Shown in pieces: positions 1-9,112 of a DNA stretch of 64,000 nt. The notes beneath the pieces are model-generated. The model was not told where the DNA came from, made no database searches, and saw only the letters and a list, made by a program, of their open reading frames with translations. This DNA comes from Croceimicrobium sp. (lineage in GTDB: Bacteria; Bacteroidota; Bacteroidia; Flavobacteriales; Schleiferiaceae), in NCBI GenBank assembly GCA_965658275.1, contig CBFHRN010000002.1:45382-109381 (forward strand). Reading direction: 5' to 3'. The position numbers were made by a program, and so were the translations under genes. The number at the start of each line of letters is the position of its first letter. The first letter of the stretch is position 1.

Positions 1-794
1 TTGACTCCCGCCCCATAAGCCATCTCATTCGCTCCGTAAGTAGCCGTTAAACCGAAATTATCATCGGTCGAACCGCTGTAAGTACTAAAAATTAGAGTCG
101 GATCAATAACTAGTTTTTCATTTGAATCATACTCACCTATTGAGAAGGTGAATAAACCGCTAGCCTCTTTATGAAAACTGCAGGGCACCTCTATTCCACC
201 TTGAAAAGCCATTGGCTTTGTATACACGGAAGTCCCCATAGAGGTAAGTAGCGCAATGTCTTCACCCGCTAAACCTTGATCTTCCACACCCTCAAAACTC
301 CATTTTATTTGACCAGGGTCGGCTCCTGGATGAATGATAAAATCATACTTGAGGTAATGATCCTCGCTGAGGTAGTAGCGCAAATCAATGCCTTGATAAA
401 TGTCTTGGTACACAATCTCACCATACTGGTAAACATTTGAAGCCCATTTGGAAGGATTGTTTCCTAGAAGAAAATTAAGATATGGCTGACCAGAGAGAAT
501 CCTTTGCTTTATCGGCTTCGCTTGCTCATTCACCCCCAACCACTTAAGGCGGTAGGCATGCCCTTTTTGAGCTTTAAAATCGGTTGGTTTCGGATGGTGA
601 TATTGATTGGATAGGTCTTGACCCTCTAAAAGTAAAACCCTTTGCTCGGTAGCTTTTAAAAATATGTAATTCTCACCTTGCCTCAGTCTAAAATCAAAGT
701 CCCCAGACCACTGGCCTTCATTTGGAACAAATCCGAAATCCTGAGCACCTAGCAGAGAACTGAATACTAAAAACAGTAGGGTTAGTGCTCTCAA
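1..794 (-). CDS. 5' part of a large secreted protein (DUF7948/SBBP-repeat-like N-terminus, typical of T9SS/gliding-associated cargo); runs off the window start
   Basis: Not in the ORF track. Manual translation from TTG at 794 gives MRALTLLFLVFSSLLGAQDFGFVPNEGQWSGDFDF (signal peptide plus FxxNxGQW motif). The window end reads LVIDPTLIFSTYSGSTDDNFGLTATYG in the same frame. Confidence 0.75.
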   Translation of the reverse strand, partial: MRALTLLFLVFSSLLGAQDFGFVPNEGQWSGDFDFRLRQGENYIFLKATEQRVLLLEGQDLSNQYHHPKPTDFKAQKGHAYRLKWLGVNEQAKPIKQRILSGQPYLNFLLGNNPSKWASNVYQYGEIVYQDIYQGIDLRYYLSEDHYLKYDFIIHPGADPGQIKWSFEGVEDQGLAGEDIALLTSMGTSVYTKPMAFQGGIEVPCSFHKEASGLFTFSIGEYDSNEKLVIDPTLIFSTYSGSTDDNFGLTATYGANEMAYGAGV

Positions 795-883
795 AGTTTC
801 ATTTTTCAGCAAAGTAGCAAGTAAAGTGCAAACTTCAAAGCCAAGGAAACCTCTCGCTAAGGGGAAATGAGGTAAAGCTTTAG

Positions 884-1990
884 CTAGCTATCAGCAGTTT
901 CTTGATTTTGACCCGTACTCATTAAAAAAGCCTTTATGAAGGCATCTAAGTCACCATCTAAAACTTGATCCACATTTGAGGTTTCTTCACTTGTGCGAAC
1001 ATCCTTTATTAATTTATAAGGATGTAGCACATAATTCCTGATTTGCGAACCCCATTCAATTTTCTTTTTGCCCGCTTCGATCTCGGCTCGCTTTTGATTT
1101 TTTGCTTCTAATTCGATTTCAAATAGCTGCGATTTTAAAAGCTGCATGGCTTTTTCTTTATTCTGGAGCTGAGAACGACTTTCTGTATTTTCGATGATAA
1201 TTCCGGAAGGAGCATGTCTCAATCGAACGCCTGTTTCTACCTTATTCACATTCTGTCCACCTGCACCACCCGAACGGAAAGTATCCCACTCAATATCAGA
1301 AGGATTTATCTCAACTTCAATGGAATCATCCACCAAAGGATAAACATAAACCGAAGCAAAGCTGGTGTGGCGTTTCGCATTGCTATCGAATGGTGAAATG
1401 CGCACTAAACGATGGACTCCGTTCTCACCTTTCAAATAACCAAAAGCAAAATCACCATCAATTTCCAGGGTCACCGTTTTTACACCGGCCACATCGCCCT
1501 CTTGATAATTAAGCTCCGACACCTTATAACCTTGCCTTTCGGCATAGCGCAAATACATGCGCATTAGCATGGAGGCCCAATCACAACTTTCAGTGCCACC
1601 TGCACCTGCGGTAATTTGCAGCACGGCACTTAACTGATCTTCCTCACCCGAAAGCATATTCCGAAACTCAAGATCTTCCAATTGCTTAATGGCCTTGCTG
1701 TACATATCGTCTAACTCCGACTCTTCCAACTCTCCAAGTCCCAAAAATTCCAAGCCCAGCACCGTTTCATCTACGGCTGCTTTTAGCTCGGAGTACGCAT
1801 CTACCCAAAACTTAAGGCTTCTAATTTTCTTCATGACCTTCTGTGCCTCTTTTTGATCTTCCCAAAAATCAGCAACCGCAGTTTTCTCCTCCTCATTAAT
1901 GATTTGGATTTCCTTCTGCTCTATTTGCAAGTACCTATGCAACTCTTCCAATCGAGCTTCTAAGCTTTGAACTTGTTCTTTACTTACCAT
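884..1990 (-). CDS. prfB: Peptide chain release factor 2 (continuous ORF, no programmed frameshift)
   Basis: SPF (VRISPFD) and GGQ ([11 protein letters not shown]) motifs. Start placed at ATG 1990 (MVSKEQ) rather than 2017, based on typical RF2 length. Confidence 0.97.
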   Translation of the reverse strand: MVSKEQVQSLEARLEELHRYLQIEQKEIQIINEEEKTAVADFWEDQKEAQKVMKKIRSLKFWVDAYSELKAAVDETVLGLEFLGLGELEESELDDMYSKAIKQLEDLEFRNMLSGEEDQLSAVLQITAGAGGTESCDWASMLMRMYLRYAERQGYKVSELNYQEGDVAGVKTVTLEIDGDFAFGYLKGENGVHRLVRISPFDSNAKRHTSFASVYVYPLVDDSIEVEINPSDIEWDTFRSGGAGGQNVNKVETGVRLRHAPSGIIIENTESRSQLQNKEKAMQLLKSQLFEIELEAKNQKRAEIEAGKKKIEWGSQIRNYVLHPYKLIKDVRTSEETSNVDQVLDGDLDAFIKAFLMSTGQNQETADS

Positions 1991-2117
1991 GGGGACAAAT
2001 TTAGAAATTGAAGCCATGTATTATCAGCAATCGTTAAAGCATTGGATATTTCTATGATTTCTAGGCTCCCCGCGAAAAGAATAGCTAATTTTGTAATCCA
2101 AAAAATTCAAATAATCC

Positions 2118-3518
2118 ATGGATAATTTTGATGTAGCCATTATCGGCTCGGGCCCAGGAGGATATGTTGCAGCCATCCGCTGTGCTCAACTGGGAATGAA
2201 AACCGCCATTATTGAAAAATACAGCACCCTAGGTGGAACCTGCTTAAACGTAGGTTGTATCCCATCTAAAGCCTTGTTAGATAGCAGTGAGCACTTTCAC
2301 AATGCTGCACACACTTTTGCCGATCACGGTATAGAAATTAGCAGCCCGAAAGTGGACTTAGCTAAAATGATTGAGCGCAAACAAAAAGTGGTTGATCAAA
2401 CTTGCGATGGGGTTAAGTTTTTAATGGATAAAAATAAAATCACGGTTTTCGAAGGGCTTGGCTCATTTGTAGATGACCATACCATTGCCATCCAAAAGAA
2501 GGAGGGTGAAGAAAAAATAAGCGCCAAGAACATCATTATCGCCACGGGGTCCAAACCCACCGAGTTACCATTCGCAAAGTTTGATAAAGAGCGTATTATT
2601 AGCTCTACAGAGGCTTTGAAACTTTCCGAAGTTCCGAATCACATGGTTGTAATTGGTGCAGGAATTATCGGCCTCGAACTGGGAAGTGTTTACGCTCGAT
2701 TAGGGGCGCAGGTAACTGTGGTTGAATACCTCGATCGTGCTATCCCAACTTTTGATGGTGCCATGAGTAAAGAGATAACTAAATCTCTTAAGAAGTTAGG
2801 CGTGAAGTTTAACTTTAGTCATAAAGTGAGTGATGTGAGTCGCGACGGCGACAAAGTGGTTGTTACCGCTACCAATAAGAAAGACGAAGAAGTTAAAATT
2901 GAAGGCGACTATTGTCTTGTAGCTGTTGGACGTAGTGCCTATACTGAAGGTTTAGGCCTAGAAAACATTGGCTTAAAAACAGATCAACGCGGTAAAATCA
3001 AGGTTAACAAAAACCTTCAAACCGATAAGTCTCATATTTATGCGATAGGTGACGTCATCGACGGAGCCATGCTTGCCCATAAGGCCGAAGAGGAAGGGGT
3101 ATTTGTGGCCGAAAGTCTTGCAGGTCAAAAGCCACATATCGATTATGACTTAATCCCAGGTGTCGTTTACACATGGCCAGAAGTAGCTAGTGTAGGGAAA
3201 ACTGAAGAGCAACTAAAAGAAGCAAAGGTTGCTTACAAAAGCGGTAGTTTCCCCTTCCGTGCTTTAGGAAGAGCTAGAGCCAGTGGCGACATCGATGGTC
3301 TGGTGAAAATCTTGGCCGACAAAGACACTGATGAAATTTTGGGATTCCATGTGATTGGTCCAAGAGCCGCTGACTTAGTGGCAGAAGGGGTTGTTGCTAT
3401 GGAATACCGAGCCTCTGCCGAAGACATTGCGCGAATGAGTCATGCGCACCCAACTTTTGCAGAAGCCGTGAAGGAAGCTGCATTAGCGGCAACTGAAAAT
3501 AGAGCGCTCCACGTTTAA
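2118..3518 (+). CDS. lpdA: Dihydrolipoyl dehydrogenase (E3 / glycine cleavage L protein)
   Basis: GSGPGGY FAD motif, GGTCLNVGCIPSK redox disulfide, GAGIIGLE NAD motif, HAHPTFAE C-terminal motif. Confidence 0.97.
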   Translation: MDNFDVAIIGSGPGGYVAAIRCAQLGMKTAIIEKYSTLGGTCLNVGCIPSKALLDSSEHFHNAAHTFADHGIEISSPKVDLAKMIERKQKVVDQTCDGVKFLMDKNKITVFEGLGSFVDDHTIAIQKKEGEEKISAKNIIIATGSKPTELPFAKFDKERIISSTEALKLSEVPNHMVVIGAGIIGLELGSVYARLGAQVTVVEYLDRAIPTFDGAMSKEITKSLKKLGVKFNFSHKVSDVSRDGDKVVVTATNKKDEEVKIEGDYCLVAVGRSAYTEGLGLENIGLKTDQRGKIKVNKNLQTDKSHIYAIGDVIDGAMLAHKAEEEGVFVAESLAGQKPHIDYDLIPGVVYTWPEVASVGKTEEQLKEAKVAYKSGSFPFRALGRARASGDIDGLVKILADKDTDEILGFHVIGPRAADLVAEGVVAMEYRASAEDIARMSHAHPTFAEAVKEAALAATENRALHV

Positions 3519-3669
3519 ATAAAATTCAAAAGGCCATTCAATTACTAAAAATTAGCGACCCCTTTTTAGCCAATTTGGAGTTAATGGCAAGTACTTATAA
3601 GGAGGACTCCTATCAATTTACGCGTCATTCAAAGTATGCTACGCAAAGTCTATTTGAAGGAATACGTGC

Positions 3670-4932
3670 ATGAATAGCAGGAAATCTTGGCAACTTAAGC
3701 TAAGTAAGGAATCGATTGAAAATATAGTAAGATGGGCCAGTCATAGTGAGAACTGCTTGTATCTCGACTCGCACCAACACCAAGATCCCTATGGACGTTT
3801 TGATCGAGTTTTAGCCTGGGGAAGCCTTAATAACTTTGAACTTAAAGCCACAGATTCTATAGAGGATCTTTATGATTGGCATCATCAAATTAAAGACTGG
3901 GCCTTTGGTCACCTTAACTACGAATTAAAATCAAAAAGTGAAGGAATTAAGAGTCAGCATGCTGATCCTTTAAACTGGTCCTTGGCCTCTTTCTTCAGAC
4001 CTAAACACTTACTCTACCTCAAAAGGGGTGAAACGCATTGGACTTTTGAAAGCACCAGTCTCAAGCCTGACGACCTTCGCAATCTCAAAGCCCAATCGCC
4101 TAAAGAACTAATAAAACCAAAGTTCAAGAGCCTTATTTCCAGAGATGAATACTTGAAAGATGTTCAATCTCTGATCAATCACATCCAGTATGGAAATATT
4201 TATGAAATCAATTATTGCCAGACTTTTGAAGCTAAAGGGAAATTAAACCCGCTGGAATTTTTTCTCCAAAAAAACGAAGAGCACCAAGCCCCCTTCACTG
4301 CGTTTTACCGCCATGGTCACCAATACGCCCTTAGTTTTACTCCCGAGCGCTATTTAACTAAGGAGGGGTCAAAAATTATTTCGCAACCCATCAAGGGAAC
4401 CGCTGCTCGACATGCGAATCAAGAGGCTGATAGTCGCGCCAAAGCAGAACTTTGGAAGTCGGAAAAAGAAAGGGCCGAAAATGTGATGATTGTTGATTTA
4501 GTTCGAAATGATCTATCGCGAACAGCCGCCAAGGATAGTGTTAAAGTTGACGAACTCTTCGGACTGTATAGCTTTAATGCCGTTCATCAAATGATAAGCA
4601 CGGTAAGCAGTGAACTAGACACTAAAAAATACCATTGGCTAGATGCTATACGGCACTCTTTCCCTATGGGAAGTATGACTGGGGCACCTAAATACAGTGC
4701 CATGAAACTCATCGATCAACATGAGCATTTTAATCGAGGTCTGTACTCTGGCTCCATTGGCTATATAGATCCCCAAGGAAATTTTGATTTCAGTGTTATC
4801 ATCCGAACTTTATTGTATCACGCTCAAAAGGAATGCTCACGCGTAGCCGTAGGAAGTGCCATTACCATCCACTGCAATCCCGAAGCTGAATACGAAGAGT
4901 GCTTATTGAAAGCTGAAAAGCTCATTGGCTAA
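3670..4932 (+). CDS. pabB: Aminodeoxychorismate synthase component I / anthranilate synthase component I family
   Basis: Chorismate-binding motifs YEINYC, PIKGT, KERAENVMIVDLVRNDL, SFPMGSMTGAPK, RGLYSGSIG. Confidence 0.85.
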   Translation: MNSRKSWQLKLSKESIENIVRWASHSENCLYLDSHQHQDPYGRFDRVLAWGSLNNFELKATDSIEDLYDWHHQIKDWAFGHLNYELKSKSEGIKSQHADPLNWSLASFFRPKHLLYLKRGETHWTFESTSLKPDDLRNLKAQSPKELIKPKFKSLISRDEYLKDVQSLINHIQYGNIYEINYCQTFEAKGKLNPLEFFLQKNEEHQAPFTAFYRHGHQYALSFTPERYLTKEGSKIISQPIKGTAARHANQEADSRAKAELWKSEKERAENVMIVDLVRNDLSRTAAKDSVKVDELFGLYSFNAVHQMISTVSSELDTKKYHWLDAIRHSFPMGSMTGAPKYSAMKLIDQHEHFNRGLYSGSIGYIDPQGNFDFSVIIRTLLYHAQKECSRVAVGSAITIHCNPEAEYEECLLKAEKLIG

Positions 4933-4935
4933 GAT

Positions 4936-4943
4936 TATCTTTG
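4936..4943 (+). promoter_or_regulatory. Bacteroidota sigma-A -7 box TATCTTTG, 4 nt before the tilS ATG
   Basis: Exact TAnnTTTG match in the 15-bp pabB-tilS gap. Confidence 0.6.
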
Positions 4944-4947
4944 CAGC

Positions 4948-6279
4948 ATGCATTCTTTGCTCCTCCAAAAATTTCAAACTTGGAATATTGATTCTCGAGA
5001 CCGACTGCTAATCGCCTTTAGCGGAGGATTAGATAGTAGAGTATTACTGGAATTGGTTTTAGAACTAGGCTTTCAGGTCGCCATTGCTCATTGCAATTTC
5101 AAGTTGAGGGGAGCCGACTCTGATATGGACGAACAGTTTTGCCGTGATCTATCTGTAAGCAAAGGAATCGAAGGGCACTTCACAGCATTCGACACCAAAT
5201 ATTACGCAGAAGAAAAAGGTCTTTCCACCCAAATGGCAGCGAGAGAACTACGCTATGAGTTCTTCGAAAAACTTCAAAAAGAGCTGGACTACAAAGCGGT
5301 ATTAACCGCCCATCATGCGGATGATCAAATCGAAACAATGCTCTTTAAATTAGCGAGAGGAACTGCGCTGGACGGCGTTTCTGGAATTCCTAATAGCCGA
5401 GGTATTTTTAAACGCCCCTTGCTCGGTGTGTATCGTAAAGAACTTGAATCCTACGCAAAGGAACATCAATTGACTTGGCGGGAGGATGAATCCAATCAAG
5501 AAGACAAATACTTAAGAAACGCCTATCGACTGCAGCTCATTCCAGCTTGGGAAAGGATCCAAAGTGACTTTAAAGAAAAGGCTCTTAAAAGTGGGGAGCT
5601 ACTTAAGGAGCAAAATGCGAGTCTTAAAGCCTTACTCAGCGAAAAGTTGGATCAGCATCTAAAAAAAGAAGGGGAAGAAGAACATTTGCACTACCAAGAC
5701 CTTTTTAAACAGGCCTACTGGTTTCAACTCATCTACTTTTGGTTAGAGGGGAAAGGAAATTGGGACTGGTCGGCCGTTCGAAATTTAGCCTTCACGAAAA
5801 AAGGCCGATATACACTTACAGAGAATTACATCCTTGCACAAGACAATGGCTTTTTGCGTTTATCGCCTAAAAAAGAATATAGCCAGGTGGAACAATTTAT
5901 CCACGCTACAGCCAGGCTGGTTACAGGACCCTCATTTAGTTTAGAAATTAAGAAAATCCCGAGTTCTGAGCGCCAAATAAAGCCCGCTGCCGAAAATCAT
6001 TATTTTGATTTCGAAAAGCTCGAATTCCCACTTAAAATCCGCAATTGGCAAGAAGGAGACAAGTTTCAACCTTTAGGTATGTCAGGAACGAAAAAGGTAT
6101 CCGACTATTTAATAGATCGTAAAATCCCCCGTCATGCAAAAGCAGAAAAAATGGTTTTAGTGAGCAACGGAAAGATCATTGCCCTACTCGGCGAGCGTAT
6201 CGATCATAAATATAGGGTTCAAAATTCCTCGAAAACCATTTACTTTGTGCGGCTTAGTTATACAAACATCACCTCATGA
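4948..6279 (+). CDS. tilS: tRNA(Ile)-lysidine synthetase
   Basis: AFSGGLDS PP-loop, AHCNF, ARELRY, TAHHADDQIET, C-terminal TilS-C domain (GMSGTKKVSDYLID). Confidence 0.96.
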   Translation: MHSLLLQKFQTWNIDSRDRLLIAFSGGLDSRVLLELVLELGFQVAIAHCNFKLRGADSDMDEQFCRDLSVSKGIEGHFTAFDTKYYAEEKGLSTQMAARELRYEFFEKLQKELDYKAVLTAHHADDQIETMLFKLARGTALDGVSGIPNSRGIFKRPLLGVYRKELESYAKEHQLTWREDESNQEDKYLRNAYRLQLIPAWERIQSDFKEKALKSGELLKEQNASLKALLSEKLDQHLKKEGEEEHLHYQDLFKQAYWFQLIYFWLEGKGNWDWSAVRNLAFTKKGRYTLTENYILAQDNGFLRLSPKKEYSQVEQFIHATARLVTGPSFSLEIKKIPSSERQIKPAAENHYFDFEKLEFPLKIRNWQEGDKFQPLGMSGTKKVSDYLIDRKIPRHAKAEKMVLVSNGKIIALLGERIDHKYRVQNSSKTIYFVRLSYTNITS

Positions 6280-8438
6280 GATTACTTTCCTCAATTTTTA
6301 CTCTGCTCCTAACTGCACTCATTAGTCATGCTCAAATTTTAGATCCTGTGGATCTTGAGTTTCAAACCAAGAAATTGGGTATGGGAGAGTATGAGTTAAT
6401 TGCCAAGGTTACAATGGACCCGGGTTGGCATGTTTACTCCATCACTACCCCTGACACCTCATTTATTATAGGCTCAGATTTCACCTTTGAAAAGAATTCG
6501 CACTACGAGTTAATAGGTGGGCTAAAAGAGCCTAAACCGCACTGTGAGTACGATGAGAATTTTCAAGAAAATCTGTGTTACCATGAAAAGGTAGCATTAT
6601 TCCGACAACATATTCGCATACGAACGAATCATGAATTCAAAATTCGGGCGGAGTTTACCTACCAAACTTGTAATGAAGCCACTTGCTTACCTCCTGAGTA
6701 CATAGAGCATGTTTTTGTTATCAACCCGGGTGTAACGCCTAAAAAAGAAGACAATAAGGTTGCTAGCGGCACAGCTGAAACTACCGGCACGGCTGATGTA
6801 TCAGGCAACAACGAGACCGAACCAGCAGCATCAAACTCGGCTGCAGCTGCAGACATGACGGATGCGTCCAATTCTGGAGACTCCACAGAATTAACAGAAA
6901 AGCTTGAAATTGACTATTCTGAAACAGAAGTTTCTAGTGAGAGTAAAGCGGACTCTAGTCCTAAAGCAGATGAAAGCGAACCTACCGAAAAAGAAGAGGG
7001 ACGCTCCATGTTGGGTATATTCATCCTAAGTTTCTTAGGCGGTTTTGCAGCTTTGCTTACCCCATGTGTATTCCCGATGATTCCTCTAACGGTGAGCTTT
7101 TTTACGAAGCAATCTAAAAACCGGGCAAAAGGAATCGCCAACGCCATTATTTACGGAGTTGCTATTATCGTCCTCTACACTTTATTAGGCCTATTAATAA
7201 CCATTGGATTTGGTAGTGATGCTTTAAATGCATTCTCAACCAACCCTTATGTAAACTTGGGCTTCTTTGTTCTTTTGGTTGTTTTTGCCATTAGCTTTTT
7301 TGGCGCTTTCGAAATCACTTTACCCAGCTCTTGGGTTAATAAGAGTGATGCCAATGCCGATAAAGGGGGTATCGTAGGTATCTTCTTTATGGCCTTTACT
7401 TTGGCCCTTGTCTCCTTCTCCTGCACCGGTCCTATCATCGGAACCTTATTGGTTGAAGCAGCCAGCGGTGGCTTCCAAGGCCCCTTAATTGGAATGTTTG
7501 GTTTTAGTTTAGCTCTTGCGCTTCCCTTTGCGCTATTTGCTGCCTTCCCAGGCTGGTTAAACTCTCTTCCCAAGAGCGGAGGTTGGTTAAATTCAGTAAA
7601 GGTGGTTCTTGGTTTTATTGAGCTAGCTTTTGCCTTCAAGTTCCTAAGTACCGCCGACCTCGTGTGGCAGGCAGGTATTTTAAAACGCGAATGGTTTCTC
7701 GCAATCTGGATCGGAATTGGATTCCTGTTAACTCTTTATCTATTGGGTAAATACAGAATGCCGCATGATAGCCCATCCGATAAAATCTCGGTATTCCGTT
7801 TAATGATGGCCGTTGTAACCCTAAGCTTTACGGTATACCTCGTACCTGGTCTTTGGGGTGCCCCATTAAAGCTAATTAGCGGATTCCCGCCTCCCATGTT
7901 TTACAGTGAGTCTCCAAATGGAGTAGGTGGAAGTGCAACCATTATGGCGGCCGAATCGGGTAGCATACCAGATGGCGCAGATCCAGAACATTGCCCTCAT
8001 AACCTCAACTGCTTCCACGACTTTGAAGTGGGAAAAACCTATGCCGAAAAGGTAAACAAACCTATTCTCCTTGACTTTACCGGTTGGGGCTGTGTAAACT
8101 GTCGAAAAATGGAGGAGCAAGTATGGAGTGACCCTCGAGTTATGGAAATTTTAAGGGAAGATGTTGTCCTCATCTCACTCTATGTAGATGAGCGTGAAGA
8201 GCTTTCGGAAAATGAAAAGTACACCAGTGATCTAACAGGCAAGAAAATTCGAACCGTTGGCAACAAGTGGTCTGATTTCCAAATTCGTCATTACAAAAGC
8301 AACGCCCAACCTCAATACGTAATCATTGGGCATGATTCTATGGAGCCCTTGAACGGCACTACCGCCTATGATCCAGACATTCAATTGTATATCGATTGGC
8401 TAAATGAAGGTATTGCTAAATTCAAAGCCCTTCCATAA
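6276..8438 (+). CDS. dsbD: Thiol:disulfide interchange protein DsbD family (N-terminal DsbD-N, transmembrane domain, C-terminal thioredoxin)
   Basis: YQTCNEATCLPP, ALLTPCVFPMIP, SFSCTGP, FTGWGCVNCRKME. ATGA overlap with tilS. Confidence 0.92.
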   Translation: MRLLSSIFTLLLTALISHAQILDPVDLEFQTKKLGMGEYELIAKVTMDPGWHVYSITTPDTSFIIGSDFTFEKNSHYELIGGLKEPKPHCEYDENFQENLCYHEKVALFRQHIRIRTNHEFKIRAEFTYQTCNEATCLPPEYIEHVFVINPGVTPKKEDNKVASGTAETTGTADVSGNNETEPAASNSAAAADMTDASNSGDSTELTEKLEIDYSETEVSSESKADSSPKADESEPTEKEEGRSMLGIFILSFLGGFAALLTPCVFPMIPLTVSFFTKQSKNRAKGIANAIIYGVAIIVLYTLLGLLITIGFGSDALNAFSTNPYVNLGFFVLLVVFAISFFGAFEITLPSSWVNKSDANADKGGIVGIFFMAFTLALVSFSCTGPIIGTLLVEAASGGFQGPLIGMFGFSLALALPFALFAAFPGWLNSLPKSGGWLNSVKVVLGFIELAFAFKFLSTADLVWQAGILKREWFLAIWIGIGFLLTLYLLGKYRMPHDSPSDKISVFRLMMAVVTLSFTVYLVPGLWGAPLKLISGFPPPMFYSESPNGVGGSATIMAAESGSIPDGADPEHCPHNLNCFHDFEVGKTYAEKVNKPILLDFTGWGCVNCRKMEEQVWSDPRVMEILREDVVLISLYVDEREELSENEKYTSDLTGKKIRTVGNKWSDFQIRHYKSNAQPQYVIIGHDSMEPLNGTTAYDPDIQLYIDWLNEGIAKFKALP

Positions 8439-9112
8439 TGACCAAATCGGAAAAGGTTAGTTTCCTCATAGATTCCTTAGAAGGACTCTATCCGGAAACA
8501 CCTATTCCACTAGAGCACAAAGATCCTTTTACCTTACTCATAGCAGTATTGTTATCTGCTCAGTGCACGGATGAACGGGTTAATAAAATTAGTCCGCTTC
8601 TATTTGAACGAGCGGATAACCCTTTTGATATGATGAAGCTTAGCCAGGAAGAAATCCAGGCCATTATTAGGCCCTGCGGATTAAGCCCTATGAAGTCTAA
8701 AGGAATCTATGGTTTATCCCGAATTTTGGTAAATGAATACAAGGGTGAAGTCCCGGCCGATTTCAAAGCACTGGAGGCCTTACCTGCCGTTGGACATAAA
8801 ACAGCCTCTGTTGTGATGAGCCAAGGTTTTGGATACCCCGCCTTTCCGGTAGATACCCATATTCACCGACTTTTGCACCGCTGGAATATGAGTAATGGCA
8901 GGTCGGTAGAGCAAACTGAAAAGGATGCCAAACGATTATTTCCAAAAGAACTTTGGAATAAACTGCACCTACAAATTATATTTTACGGTCGCGAATACAG
9001 CCCTGCCCGAGGGTGGTCCCTAGAAAAAGACTTCATTTCTCGGCGCATTGGCCGAAAGAGTCTTATTCGAAAAACCTTTGGAGAAGTGGGAATTTCTTTG
9101 ATGGAAGATTAA
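8438..9112 (+). CDS. nth: Endonuclease III (HhH-GPD family), lacking the C-terminal 4Fe-4S Cys motif
   Basis: LLSAQCTDERVN, LPAVGHKTA HhH motif, FPVDTHIHR. Confidence 0.9.
   Translation: MTKSEKVSFLIDSLEGLYPETPIPLEHKDPFTLLIAVLLSAQCTDERVNKISPLLFERADNPFDMMKLSQEEIQAIIRPCGLSPMKSKGIYGLSRILVNEYKGEVPADFKALEALPAVGHKTASVVMSQGFGYPAFPVDTHIHRLLHRWNMSNGRSVEQTEKDAKRLFPKELWNKLHLQIIFYGREYSPARGWSLEKDFISRRIGRKSLIRKTFGEVGISLMED

Noticed and set aside
3599-3605. Perfect AAGGAGG Shine-Dalgarno-like sequence (also AGGAGGT at 33672-33678)
   Set aside because: No start codon 5-10 nt downstream in either case, and this phylum rarely uses SD.
6750-7000. Ala/Ser/Glu/Thr-rich low-complexity stretch in dsbD
   Set aside because: No tandem DNA repeat unit is visible; it reads as an ordinary disordered linker.
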